Below are positions 39,590 through 52,198 of a stretch of DNA of 64,000 nt, in pieces (the first letter of the stretch is position 1; each line of letters starts with the position of its first letter). The DNA is taken from assembly GCF_001194135.2 (NCBI RefSeq), contig NC_068985.1, forward strand, positions 105,700,999-105,764,998, read 5' to 3'. The position numbers and the translations under genes were made by a program. The notes below the pieces were generated by a model. That model saw only the letters and a list, made by a program, of their open reading frames with translations. It did not search any database and was not told the DNA's origin. This DNA comes from Octopus bimaculoides. Its lineage: Eukaryota.

Positions 39590-40200
39590 ATGAGAAGTTT
39601 AACGTTTCGGAATTTTGTCCTCCTTCAGAGAGTGAGTGGAAGTGATTAAAAGTTTTATCGAAATTGCAAAAGAGAAAAATAAATGATGTCGGTGGATGGA
39701 TGTGAAAGAAGAGAGAAGAGGAAGAGTTAATGAGCAACGGTGTAAGTAGCGTGGGAAGCAGGGCGAGTAGTATGGGAGAAGTATGGTGTACAAAGGAATA
39801 AAATGTAAGGGAGCAATAGCAAGTTATAGGTCAGATGAGGGATAAGACGAAAGGATGAAGTGAGGAAGAAAGGAATATATACGTGATAACAAGGCTAAAT
39901 ACAATTGCGAGTTAAGGGAAAAGAGAGACAGACAGACAGGCAGAGATACACAGAGACAGAGAGCAAGAAAGAGAGAGAAATTGAGCTGGCAACAGTTGTC
40001 AGGACAATGAGTTAACAAAAATTCATAGGAGACAAATTTAAAGATTGTGGTAAGATGTGAGGAACTGGAAAGTTAGGTGTGGTTAGAAATGACGCAGACA
40101 TCTGTAGTTAATGTTCAATGAGAAGACAAGCAGAAGGTTGAAGATACAAAAACAGAGACGTGAGCAGGTGAAAAGTCTTCAAGATAGTACCGCAACATAG
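39590..40200 (-). mobile_element. Probable Penelope-like terminal fragment with degenerate hammerhead
   Basis: Pyrimidine-rich on minus strand, ending in CUGAAGGA-GGA..UCC-GAAACGUU. Confidence 0.4.
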
Positions 40201-40547
40201 TCTTATGACTGAAACAAGTTAAAAGACCAAAATGGAGAAATTACAATTTGATGACTTCTTTGAGAAGATTAGTCTCTTCATTTCTTTCTTTTTTTATTCT
40301 TAGCAATTGGCTTCGAAAGTAACATAAATACAAATATAGGTGTGAGACAATCGATTTAAGAAAGGCGAAACTGTTCCATTTAATAAATTTATGTATGAGC
40401 AGTCGATAAAAGAGAGGATGGTTGAGAATTATTGCTATTATTATTTAATCACTACCCTTTAAGGAGGCGAGCTGGCAGAATTGTTAGCACGCCGGGGTCG
40501 ACTTTGATTTTCACCCTTTCGAGGGCGATAAAATAAGTACTAAGTTG

Positions 40548-40904
40548 AGCGAAGGTAAAGCGCGTGCACACCATCCATTTCCGATGGGGGTTTTTTTTTC
40601 CAAACTTTTTTCGAATCTCAATGTTTTCGATATAGGAGAATACGATTTTGCCCAAAAATCAAGTTTTCAAAATTTTAATCCCCCCGCCAATTTCTTAATT
40701 TTCATCCATTCTCTTTTAAATCCGCGAATAAAAATACAGAGATTACGAATCTGGGATTTTTTTAAAACTTAATTTGTCTTAAAGAAACACTCAAGGCTCC
40801 GTCCCCACGTCGCCCAACCATCACCTCTCCGCTTTCAAAGAGCTAAAAACGTCGGATGTTTCACTTTCGTCTGATAGGTGATGTGCACGCGCTTTATCTT
40901 CGCC
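40548..40904. mobile_element. GGCG-terminated MITE (357 bp), related TIR
   Basis: TIR (A/G)GCGAAG(G/A)TAAAGCGCGTGCAC; TSD CTAAGTTG/CTATGTTG; interrupts a SINE. Confidence 0.8.
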
Positions 40905-41959
40905 CTATGTTGAGCACTAGGGTCGATTTAATCAACCTTTCCTCCTTTCGGGAACGATAAAATAAGTACCAGTTGATCACTGGAGTCAACGTAATCGACT
41001 TAACCTCTCCCTAGAACTAGCTAGCCTTGTGCCAAAATTTAAAATCCTTATTTGATCGCTATCCACTTCCTCCCAAATTTCTGACCTTGTACCTATGTTA
41101 AAATCTATAATCATTAAAAATTGTTAGAATTGTGAAGTGTGTTTTGTGCTACTAGTTCTGACTCTTGGTTTGAGTTTCAATCGTGCCGAGGTCAGATACG
41201 CTATTCATCCCTCTGGGCTTGGGAAAAATAAACCAGCTATCAAGTATTGGGTTTGATGTTATCGATTAACCCCTCTCTTCAAACTTATGCCCTTGTGCTT
41301 ATGTCTAGAAAGAATAATTATTGTTTCTAGTTTAGGCACAGGGACAATATCTTCGAGAGGAGGGGATCAGTATATACCAGTATTTGGCTGGAACTTTTAA
41401 TGACCTTTGAGAGAATGAATGTGAAGTTGACTCTGGTGAAATATGAATTAGAAACGTAAAAAATTGGAACAAATAGCGCAAGACATTATTATTTGCTAAT
41501 CCACCACCATTAGAAATGTGTTACGAAAGTAGACAGATGCATATATCGACAGAAGGAAAAGTAGACAGACAGTTAATTGAATTGAAATGAAATCAAAAGA
41601 GACTGTTTTTCATTGACAAATAATTTAGACCAGGTTTTGTTACTAATAGCTACAGTGGTGGCGTCAGTAGGGATTTTGATTAGTGGAGAAGGCGGTGGTG
41701 GTTGAGCACTCCCATTATTTTATGCATGCGCGTTACTTAATTATCGTCTGCTCAATTGAAATATAAATATGTACAATGATAGACGATGTAAAGCTAACAA
41801 AAGAATGGGAAAGTATAGGGCAAGGTGTTTTTATCGTTTTGTTCCCAAATAACCATATTAAGAAATGTCAAAACTTTACTAACGTATTGTAACAGAATGA
41901 TATTATAAATAAAGACTTCGATGTTGTTCCATGGTTAAGATTGGTATTACTACATAAGT

Positions 41960-42585
41960 CTACCCCTACCCCGAATTTGTTTCCTCGTAACTTTCAGAAA
42001 AATGGGTATTTTTAATGAAATTTTCTATAAATACCTTTCAGATGCTGTAGGTTACGATTATACCAAAATTTAAAGTAAAAAAAATAATAAATGGTAGGCG
42101 CGCACACATTTATACTACATATCTACAAAATGAAACTTGAAATTTTGATAAAAATGTGTCAATATGTATGTGTGCGCGCTTACCGGTTTTTTAACATTAA
42201 ATTCCGATGTCATCGCAATCTCACACCATTTGAAAGGTACTCGTTTTCCTGAAAGTTACGAGGAAACGAAGTCGACTTGAGTAAATTATCCGAAACTCCT
42301 CTACGCCTCCTCCGAAAAAAAAATTTTGAAAACAAATTCTGATATATTCGAAAACTGTTCCATCTGAATGGTATCTGGGCGGAGATAAAGAATACGCACA
42401 CCACCCGTTTTCGGCGTAACCCTAACCCTAAGCCCTAGCCCTAAACCCGAATCCTATCCATAAACACAGGGTGTGCGTATTCTTTACCTTCGCCGGGTAT
42501 TTGTAGAAAATTTTATTAGAATATATCCATTTTTCTGAAAATTATGATGAAACAAAGTCGGGAGAGGAGTACACTTGTGTAGGTA
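41960..42585. mobile_element. Long-inverted-repeat (foldback-like) non-autonomous element
   Basis: TACCCC..CGAATTTGTTTCCTCGTAACTTTCAGAAAAATGG at ~41965 has inverted copies at ~42240-42270 and ~42527-42575, plus an internal GCGCGCACACAT inverted pair. Confidence 0.55.
42378..42494 (-). mobile_element. GGCG-terminated mini-MITE with telomere-like core (117 bp)
   Basis: TIR GGCGGAGATAAAGAATACGCACACC / GGTGTGCGTATTCTTTACCTTCGCC; internal CCCTAACCCTAAGCCCTAGCCCTAAACCC; nested in a larger inverted-repeat element. Confidence 0.75.
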
Positions 42586-43498
42586 TGCCGTTTAGATTAA
42601 CTTTTTGGTGTAAAATGATAATAGATAACAACTCACAAAGTAGAGGACGTATATTTCAGAGATATTGTTTCTTGGGTTGCATCTTAAGTACTACATGTCT
42701 GGACACCATCTCAAGAATAAAATACTTTAGAAAAATATACAACTCCATCTTAACAATTTTCAAAATAACTGGAATCTCAAGAGTATGGCAAGCTAGTAAA
42801 ATTTTTAGCATGTTGGACAAAATGCTCGACGGAATTTCTTCCAGCTCATTACATTCTGAGTTCAAATACCTTTTTGGTCTCAATAAAATAAATACCAGCC
42901 AATTACTGAAGTTGATGTAATCGATTTATGCCCCACCCCCTAAAATTGCTGGCTTCATGCCAAAATTATTATTATTTAAATTAGTGGTTCTCAACCATCC
43001 TTTACATATGAACGCCTTTGATTCCTACTTTAGACAGGTGGACCCGCACAGCCATTTGATGCTTTAAAAAATCTTGTTACATCTATATTTCATGAACTTT
43101 AACCATTACTGGTGTTGTACTTGGGTTTCCTTCTCCTTTTCCTTCCCATTATCATCATCATTATCTACTATGCAATAGATCGCCTGCTTTCAAGTCATAG
43201 TTCAGCTATAACTACATCAGAGTTCACCACCTACAACGTTGTAGTTTAGTGAGTACATGTCATGGTTCAGTGACTACCACGTTATACTTCACTACTCATC
43301 AACATTAATACACTCTTCTAGAATTAATGTAGTACCAAATGCCTTGAAAAATGCTTACTTTCTCTATTATAAGTTACTCTAGTGTGACCATTGTAATCCC
43401 TATTAGATTAGGGTGTTTGTTGCACAATTTGCAAAAAAAAAATTCCCCACAAATGGTTTCAATACTGTTTTAACAGAAAGATTTGGAAGGATTAGATG

Positions 43499-43578
43499 AA
43501 AGTTCTCCGATAATTTTCTTTCATGTAAATAAGTGTATAAACACTTATTTACATGAAAGAAAATTATCGGAGAACTTT
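43499..43578. repeat. Perfect hairpin, 38-bp arms with ATAA loop
   Basis: AAAGTTCTCCGATAATTTTCTTTCATGTAAATAAGTGT and its exact reverse complement. Confidence 0.9.
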
Positions 43579-44875
43579 AAAAATTTAAAAATTTGCCAGT
43601 AAAATCTTATAAAATCTTCTAAATGTTCTAAAAGATGTACATGTTTGTATGTTATATATGAAAATAGATAATTATATAATTGAAAAATTTGTACATTTGT
43701 AGATCAATGGCTGAAAGGAAAATGGTTAGGAGGAAATTGCAGGAGGTAGCATCTCTGGAGTGAAAGAATTAGGTAATTGTTTAGTGCAGGGAGAAAGGCA
43801 AGGCATAGTAGAAGTAAGGTAGGGTGGGGACACATAACAGTAAAGCTAAAGCCTTACATTCGAAACTGTTCCTTTGATGAACTCAGAGAGTATAAAGGGT
43901 TTTTGTGTTAAAGGGAAGGTGAGTCTCCCTGGATATGAAACCATCTGCCACAAGTAACTTTCTTATATAATCCTGGCATCTATTGCAAACAGCTTTGTGG
44001 AAATGAGACAATGTGCTGTAATGATATGTCCTGCAATTTCTCAAAGCAGATGTGAATTCACATACCACTGGTTACGATAATCTAAGCTGCGGATGCTATT
44101 GGATTCCCAATGGAGGACACATAATCTCTTTTACTGGAAAGGGCAACAATCTACCACATGTAACTTTTTTTTATTTTTTTTTATTAACTATTAAATAAAG
44201 TAGGAGAGAGGTCCCTACAAAATTAACTGTTCCATCTAAACTGACAAAATATCTTCACTTGATTTGAATAAATAAAAGAATAACAACACATAGCCAATAC
44301 TCTGTCACTTTCTCTTATGCCTGTGGCCACTGAGTTATTTCTCTTAGCTCATTTATCTTTAATTTATGCTAATTACTTAGACCATAAATGTGTTCTACTC
44401 TTTTTGTATAAGTCAAAATCTATGGAGATAAGGCAGGACAATTGCTGTGCTGATGACAACTATTGAGGCAGAAACAGGTGCCTGCAACTGTCCTCTTATC
44501 TGCAGATAATAACACTGTCCTTTTCCTTAATGGCATGTCAACTTTGGAAAAGTTTTGATTCTTGAGATAATTTCCCCTTCTTATATGGAGCTGTTCTTAA
44601 TTGTCATTTGGAAGATGTGACATATCCTCTAAAAATAGAGATAATCTTTTTTTTTTAAATAAAGAAAACAAGAATCTATGTCGTACAGTATTTCATATAC
44701 CTGTATTTGTCTCTGTAGTTATAAAAGCAATGCTTAGCCATCCCTCACAAGAGAATGTGACTTGGTAGCTTGTACCAAACTTCTGCTACTTATTTTAATT
44801 TTGTATTTGTGAACATACACACCCTTGTGATGCTCCCACTCTTGACCCTGCAGAACATTGATGATGTGACAGCAG

Positions 44876-44906
<31 letters not shown>

Positions 44907-44942
44907 GCAGACAGACAGACAGAGATAGACAGACTGACAGAC

Positions 44943-44975
<33 letters not shown>

Positions 44976-45569
44976 GACAGACAGGCAAAGCTGCACCAGC
45001 AGTTGGCTGGTACTTATTTTCAGTTGAGTTGACTGCAGCAAGATGAAATGAAGTACCTTGCTCAAGGGCAGAGCATGCAGCTCATGCCAGGAGCTGAACA
45101 CATGACCATGAGCTCAACACTCTAACTAGTAGGTCATGCATTTTCACAATTAATGTATGTTTGTAAGCATGCATGCATGTATGCATACATGTATGTATGT
45201 ATGTATACATGTATGTATATGTATCATCATCATCGTTTAACGTCCGCTTTCCATGCTANNNNNNNNNNNNNNNNNNNNNNNNNNNNNNNNNNNNNNNNNN
45301 NNNNNNNNNNNNNNNNNNNNNNNNNNNNNNNNNNNNNNNNNNNNNNNNNNNNNNNNNNAATTTCACGAGCAAGCTGTTCCTTTGATCGTATCAGCTGGGA
45401 CCCTCGTCGTCGTAACCAACATAGTGCTCCTATATATATAATAAATGAAATGGAGAAAGTTCAAATCAAGCAAACTACAATGAACATGTGTACGGATTTA
45501 ATTTAAGATAAATTTTTGTCCAAAAAACATATTGATATATTAGAAATGCACATAAAAATACATGTAAAA

Positions 45570-46440
45570 ATATTAAAAAAACTCGTTGCTGGATGGAGTG
45601 AGTGGCATGAAATGAAGACCCCTATGAAGGAGAGAATTTTTGGCTTCAAAGAGGAAGAGATCAGGAGTGAAGAGGAGAGGGATGGGTGGAGGAATGTGAA
45701 CTAGGTGGGGAAGGAGATGGAGGTGGTGGTAGGTGGGGAGGAGAGAGCAGAAGAGGAAGTTGTAAGCAGGGGGTGTCAGACAGGGGGAGAAGGGAAGAAT
45801 GGACAAGGGTGAGGGTGGGGAGGGTTTAGGGCAAGGATGGAGAGGGTTAGAGAGGGCAGGGGAATGGGAGGGTGTAGTGTCAAGCAAGATAATTATGGAG
45901 GAGGTGAATGAGGTAGAGGATGAAACAGAGGATGGAGTGAGCAATGAAGGGAGTGAAGTAGGAGGAGAAAATGGAATAAGCAGGAGGGAGGAGATGGTCA
46001 GGGGGGGGGNNNNNNNNNNNNNNNNNNNNNNNNNNNNNNNNNNNNNNNNNNNNNNNNNNNNNNNNNNNNNNNNNNNNNNNNNNNNGGGGGGGGGGTATTT
46101 TGGAGAGATTAGAACAGATGGTGGCAGGCATAAGGTGGAAGGACAAGGTGTAGAAGATGGGTAAGATAGTGGAAGCGGAGTGGAAGGGAGGGTGGAAATA
46201 TAGGTGGAAACCTTTGGGGGTGAGGTTGAGGTGAAGGCAAGGACTGAGGAAGGAAATATGACTTGAGAAACGGTGGGGGGGGATGAGGTTGAAAATGTAT
46301 TGGAAAAGGTTGGGAGAAAGCTGGAGGCAGAAGATAAGAAATGAGGTGAGGTAATGTTTAAGATGATGGTGCAGGTGCAGGAGGAAAGATTTATGATCAG
46401 GCATGTTGGAAGGAGAAATAGCAGGTAAGGAAAGAAAAGG
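45570..46440 (-). mobile_element. Penelope-like element 5'/ORF-start fragment
   Basis: Minus-strand translation 'IPPPIPLLFTPDLFLFEAKNSLLHRGLHFMPLTPSSNEF' matches the PLE ORF N-terminal motif (E..lLskGLnF.P.P); pyrimidine-rich leader. Confidence 0.55.
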
Positions 46441-46779
46441 GACTAACAAAATTAGTAATATATGAAGTATACAAGAAGTTCAAAAAGTTCACACACACAC
46501 ACACACACACACACATATGCACACACACATATACACATACACGCACATATTTATATATACATATAGATATATGCTAATATTGTTGGGTATTGTTTTTTTT
46601 ATTCTCATTTAGTTCAAATTTTATTTCAAATTTCCTAGTTCAGAAAAGCAACCACTATATAAATCAATGTTGGCCTATCTGACCAGTGACTAATACTACA
46701 TACTAATATTACATTGGTCATCAGTTATGTTCATCATCATCATCATCATCATCGTCATCATCACTACAATTATTGTTAG

Positions 46780-46812
<33 letters not shown>

Positions 46813-47417
46813 AACAGAATTGAAATCAGTCAGTTTTGAGCCTCTATTGACATCCCCTGACCTTTCAGCTGAAGTGTTGTGACAGGACACATTAATTCTA
46901 TCTTGTATGTTTGTAAAACTAGTTGGCTCTCATCCTATCTTGAGAGCCATTGATAACAGTAGCTGCAACACCACCACCACTACTTTATCAACTACTACAT
47001 CACCACCTTGTCCACTTTACCAATCACTACCACTACTACCTCCACCATCACCACCATGTTCATTTACCAACACCACCACAGCACTTCACCCCACCCCGTC
47101 AGCTACCACCTCCATACCAACTACTACCAGCACCATTATGCCTACCACCATATCCACCACTAGTGTACCAACCACTACCCCCCAAACACATACACACACT
47201 ACATCACCTCCTCCACTACTGCACCAATCACAGCTATTACCACTGATGATACCACCACCACCACCACCCGCAAATATCTTGCTTATATCACCAACTGCAA
47301 CATGGTCACCACTACTCTTTGCTATTAACATCACTTCCTTAATTTTTTCTCATTGTTGACAATCATCATGGCAAACAGTAATATGATAACCAGTGCTACC
47401 AAGATCTTATTGCTATC

Positions 47418-47464
<47 letters not shown>

Positions 47465-48101
47465 ATGTCATCCTTCCAATGAGAACCAATGAGGGAGTCA
47501 CTATGTGATTTCTCAACCAGTAAAAATCAGTACCTAAATTCCCTAAAATCACAGCTTGCCATCATAAAACAAAGAAGGACTAATTAAGCAGTTCAGTTTT
47601 TCATATTAAAGAGCAGAAAAGAAAATCAATAGAATAGTCAAAGCCTTTGATTAACCTTTTGGTTCCAACCTATCTGAAATTGGAGANNNNNNNNNNNNNN
47701 NNNNNNNNNNNNNNNNNNNNNNNNNNNNNNNNNNNNNNNNNNNNNNNNNNNNNNNNNNNNNNNNNNNNNNNNNNNNNNNNNNNNNNNNNNNNNNNNNNNN
47801 NNNNNNNNNNNNNNNNNNNNNNNNNNNNNNNNNNNNNNNNNNNNNNNNNNNNNNNNNNNNNNNNNNNNNNNNNNNNNNNNNNNNNNNNNNNNNNNNNNNN
47901 NNNNNNNNNNNNNNNNNNNNNNNNNNNNNNNNNNNNNNNNNNNNNNNNNNNNNNNNNNNNNNNNNNNNNNNNNNNNNNNNNNNNNNNNNNNNNNNNNNNN
48001 NNNNNNNNNNNNNNNNNNNNNNNNNNNNNNNNNNNNNNNNNNNNNNNNNNNNNNNNNNNNNNNNNNNNNNNNNNNNNNNNNNNNNNNNNNNNNNNNNNNN
48101 N

Positions 48102-48150
<49 letters not shown>

Positions 48151-48154
48151 CCAT

Positions 48155-48438
48155 GGGCGTATGGCGTAGTGGTTAAGAGCGCAGGCTACTAACCCCAAGA
48201 TTCCAGGCAGTGACCTGAATAACAATAATAATAATAATAATAATAACAACAACATCGAAAAATACCTTAGGAATGAGAACCCAGGTTCGAAATTTCCCCA
48301 AGACACCTGATGAAGGCTGGAGGGTATATCAGCCGAAACGTCGTGTTAACTACAAACAAGATGAAGACAAATATCCGTCAACTGTAAATAATGTAAATAA
48401 TGTACATAATTCCTCATCTCTTAAATACAGAATTGAAT
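48155..48438 (+). mobile_element. tRNA-headed SINE-like repeat carrying a hammerhead
   Basis: A-box TGGCGTAGTGG (48162-72), truncated B-box region, (AAT)n linker, then body containing the hammerhead; next to an (ATT)n tract. Confidence 0.6.
48302..48347 (+). ncRNA. Minimal type-I hammerhead ribozyme
   Basis: Stem I GACAC/GUGUU; core CUGAUGA (48307-13) plus an extra A; stem II GGCUG/CAGCC; GAAA (48335-38); palindromic ACGU stem III; GUC cleavage triplet (cut after 48342). Confidence 0.75.
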
Positions 48439-48490
48439 CAACTTATTTTAGCAAATTCTTCATTATTTTCAAAATTAATTGAGACACAAT

Positions 48491-48528
<38 letters not shown>

Positions 48529-49131
48529 ACAATAAAAGAAGTGAGAAACCAACTCAATCTGAAGCTAAACATCAATAACAACAACAACAAGCACAATAAC
48601 AATATCATTCTCCCTTTAACATCATTAACATCTTCATCACCAACAATCCCATCACCATAGCCACCAAAATCACTTCCATCGACTCTGAATAGCAGCCAGA
48701 TTGCCATCACACTGAGAAGATCATTAACGACCATCTTAAATGTAATCAACTAGAAGTCAGCAAGTAAATGTCCTATTAGCAGTAAATCAACCAACCATGT
48801 CTGAATTACCTCTATGAAGCCACGTCTATCTCAAAAATTGTTTCCAGGCATGGAACCTTGATTAACAGAATGTAATGTAGTTAGAACTAAACCAAATAAT
48901 AAACATTATTCTATGTAATGTATTGCATGTTTCTTTCTTTATATTATATTTGATAGTGTTAATTTTGAGATAATAAAGAATTGCAAATATAACATCACAA
49001 CCATATATATATATATATATATTACTGTATGAACTAGACTCGGATGTTATTATACACTTCTGGTCACAATGTGCTTCTTCGCATTGTTATAGCTTTCAAA
49101 TGATGCCACCCTACTGGTTAAGCAGGGTGGC

Positions 49132-49178
<47 letters not shown>

Positions 49179-49375
49179 TATATTATATTTCTGTAAATTT
49201 CAACTACTATATATATATATATTGCACATTAACACAGAAGTCGGTTGTTCAGTTGATTAAACAACTGAATCCTCATCATTGAATCATGGTCAACTACCAT
49301 GACCATACATACGTGTGTGTATGTTTGTATGTATGTACGTGTATGTCTGTATGTATGTTATATGTGTTTGTATGG

Positions 49376-49407
<32 letters not shown>

Positions 49408-49518
49408 TCAATGGTGGTGGTTCTCCGTTGTTCAACAATACAGATTCAGTTATTCAATCAACTGAATTATTTATTCCTGAATTAAATTGAGAATGGCTGA
49501 GTATTCCACAGACATATG

Positions 49519-50083
49519 GGATCTTTTTTAAAACGGGGGCCACATTTTTCATTAACGAAACACTTTGAAACTTGGAACACTGGTAGAATGTGTCATATAA
49601 AACATCTTTTACTCTTAGTCTTCTTTAAAAAAAAAGAAATCCCTAACTTATTCCATGTTAAAGTTGTCGTATTTCTGTAATTTCAACCAATCACTGACGT
49701 CCATTCAGTCGATATACATTAAGTGCCGACTACATAAACAAACGATTCTGAAACAATTCTATCGGTGATAGGGTTAGGGTTAGGGTTAGGGTAAAACAGC
49801 AAATTTAAAAAGAAAAAAGCAAAACGAAGCTATGGAAATTAAATACACTTTACATCGCTTAATCAGCCAAAGGAGTAAATGTAAACAACTGAATACTTGT
49901 CAGTGATTGGTTGAAATTATCGAAATAATACAATTTTTTACATGAAATAAATTCGAATACAAAAATATTTTTCTGTTCTATAACACAAAATAGATAAGTA
50001 TACGAAATTTGAAAGTCTTTCGGTACCAAAAACACTACGTAAAACATAAATGAAAAATGTGGCCCCCGTTTTAAAAAAGATCC
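49519..50083 (+). mobile_element. GGATC-terminated MITE, copy 3 (complete, 565 bp)
   Basis: Same TIRs; exact TSD GACATATG; central AGGGTTAGGGTTAGGGTTAGGG. Confidence 0.92.
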
Positions 50084-51169
50084 GACATATGTACCCATAA
50101 CAATTACAGATACAATCAGCCTGAAAGGCTTCCATACAGTTTCCATATACCCATCTTCATTCACAAGATATGGGTTGACTTAGATTCAAAGCTATGGAAA
50201 ATTACATATGCTGAAAATGCCATACAGGGGCATCAGACCCTAGATTTTGTGGTTATGCACCAAGTTACTTAACTACAGGGTGGTCTGAAAGTCTTGTTAC
50301 CCGCTACATATTGTTTATTATTGTCATTATTATCATTTAATACAGGATAGCCATGTATCTTCTCCACAGCAAGAAACCAGTTCCTCTAACATACTTCAGC
50401 CTTTCAACCCTTAGCATACAGCCACTCCCCATCTCTATTTAGCCTCAATCAGTTGAGGGGCTTTTTAGTCTTGCAAGTTACATGGCAACCACACTAGTGC
50501 TGGTACTGCAAAAAAGCACCCACTTCACTCTGTAAGTAATTGGCATTAAGGAGAGCATCCAGCCAAAGGAACCATATCAAAGCAGATACTGGAGCACAGT
50601 GCAGTCTTCTGACTCATCAAAGCCTGTTGAACCATCGAATCTCTGCCAGCATAGAAGATGGATTAAAAAGAAGCCCATTGCATGCATGTGTATGCACGCA
50701 CACATGTGTGTGTGACAGTGGGGGGTATGTTTTTATCATGATATTACACACAAATTATAGACAGACTACATCATCATACAAGCAGTGACATTTGTTTGTA
50801 ATCCTTTGTGAAAACATCTCTCGAGTGGTAGAAAATATTATCTTGCTTGAAAACAGATGAATGTTGGCAACAGGTATTTTTATTTCTAGAGCTAGTTTCT
50901 AACCTAGAACCTGGAATTTCAACAACATGGACAGGGCAGCTGTGCATGTTTGCATGCATATATGCGAGTATTAGGTGTCGGTATATGTGCAGATCTGTAT
51001 GTTTTCTTTTACGTATGTGTACTCATATATGTAGTTGTATGCCTAGACAAGTGTATATGTATTTATATCTTACATGCTAAACTTTCAGAAAGTTTTACAT
51101 ATTTTGACAGTTCCAATCATGGCCTGTTTCTGTAGTCTTCTAATTAGCTTTCTCTTTTCTGATTTCAAG

Positions 51170-51360
51170 AACCCTAATTTTTCAAGATTGGCACTGAGGC
51201 TACATATCCAAGTGCCCCAATAATTATGGGTATAAATTTAAAGTCAAAGCCGAAGTGAAGTACCTGAAAATTTATAAACAGTTCAGCATAGGCATTTTCT
51301 GTATCATTGATCTTTAGCTCTATGGTAACATCTGCTGAGCAACTGACAATCAACATTACA
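51170..51360 (-). mobile_element. RLE-type non-LTR retrotransposon C-terminal fragment
   Basis: 'VSCSADVTI..KI...EN.YA.L...Q.LH...DFKFIPIIIGALGYV'. Confidence 0.55.
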
Positions 51361-51400
51361 CTTTCTCTTCTTTGTTCTAAATTTATCTATTTATCTATCA

Positions 51401-51477
<77 letters not shown>

Positions 51478-51590
51478 CCTATCTATCTATTTATTTATCT
51501 GTCTATCTATCTATGTGGGTGCGTGCATGTGCATCTGTGCATGCATGCATGTATGCGTGTGTATATATGTATGTTTGTATGTATGTGTGC

Positions 51591-51621
<31 letters not shown>

Positions 51622-52198
51622 TGTATGTTTGTATGTGTATTTGTACTTGTGGCTGTGAGTGTGTGCATGTGTATGTGTCATGTGTATGTGTCATGTGTAT
51701 AACACATGGTGGAATAGTTCAACAGAGAGAGAGAGAGAGAAAGAAAGAGGGAGAGAACCATGATAGGTATGAGAGAAAGAGAGAAGCAAGTGAAAATATC
51801 AGGTCATTAGAATAAACGTAGGTGTCAGGTTCACATACACAGCAAGGAAAGAAATTACAAATTAAGAAATTGACCAATGTTCTGTAATGAAAGGATCAGA
51901 GGTATCATGTGTTACAGATTGCAAGGTCAGCATGCATCAAGATCCCTCTGGGGAAATGTGTGCATGAAATGATACCAGCACACTTGTCCATACTAATGCC
52001 AAGAAAGAAAAGGCATGGAAATGTTACCATAAAGGGTTACAGACTGAAAAGACTACATGGGAGAGACAAAACAACTTGTTCAAGTGGACTCAACAGATGG
52101 ATTAGCCATTGTCATTAAAAAGTACATCCATCAGAGTGACGAAGACCATTTATTCCTCCTTAAGGATGACTGATGACTTGTGTGATGACTTTGTTTAA

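Noticed and set aside
43845-43890. Remnant resembling a PLE hammerhead on the minus strand
   Set aside because: Too degraded (core and GAAA both broken) to support.
48155-48215. tRNA gene
   Set aside because: Only the A-box and D-arm resemble a tRNA; the T-arm is deleted and there is no acceptor stem, so it is a SINE head.
51950-52130. Possible LINE APE-endonuclease remnant ('IKGYRL...GLAIVIKKYI')
   Set aside because: Similarity is too weak and frameshifted to call without a search.
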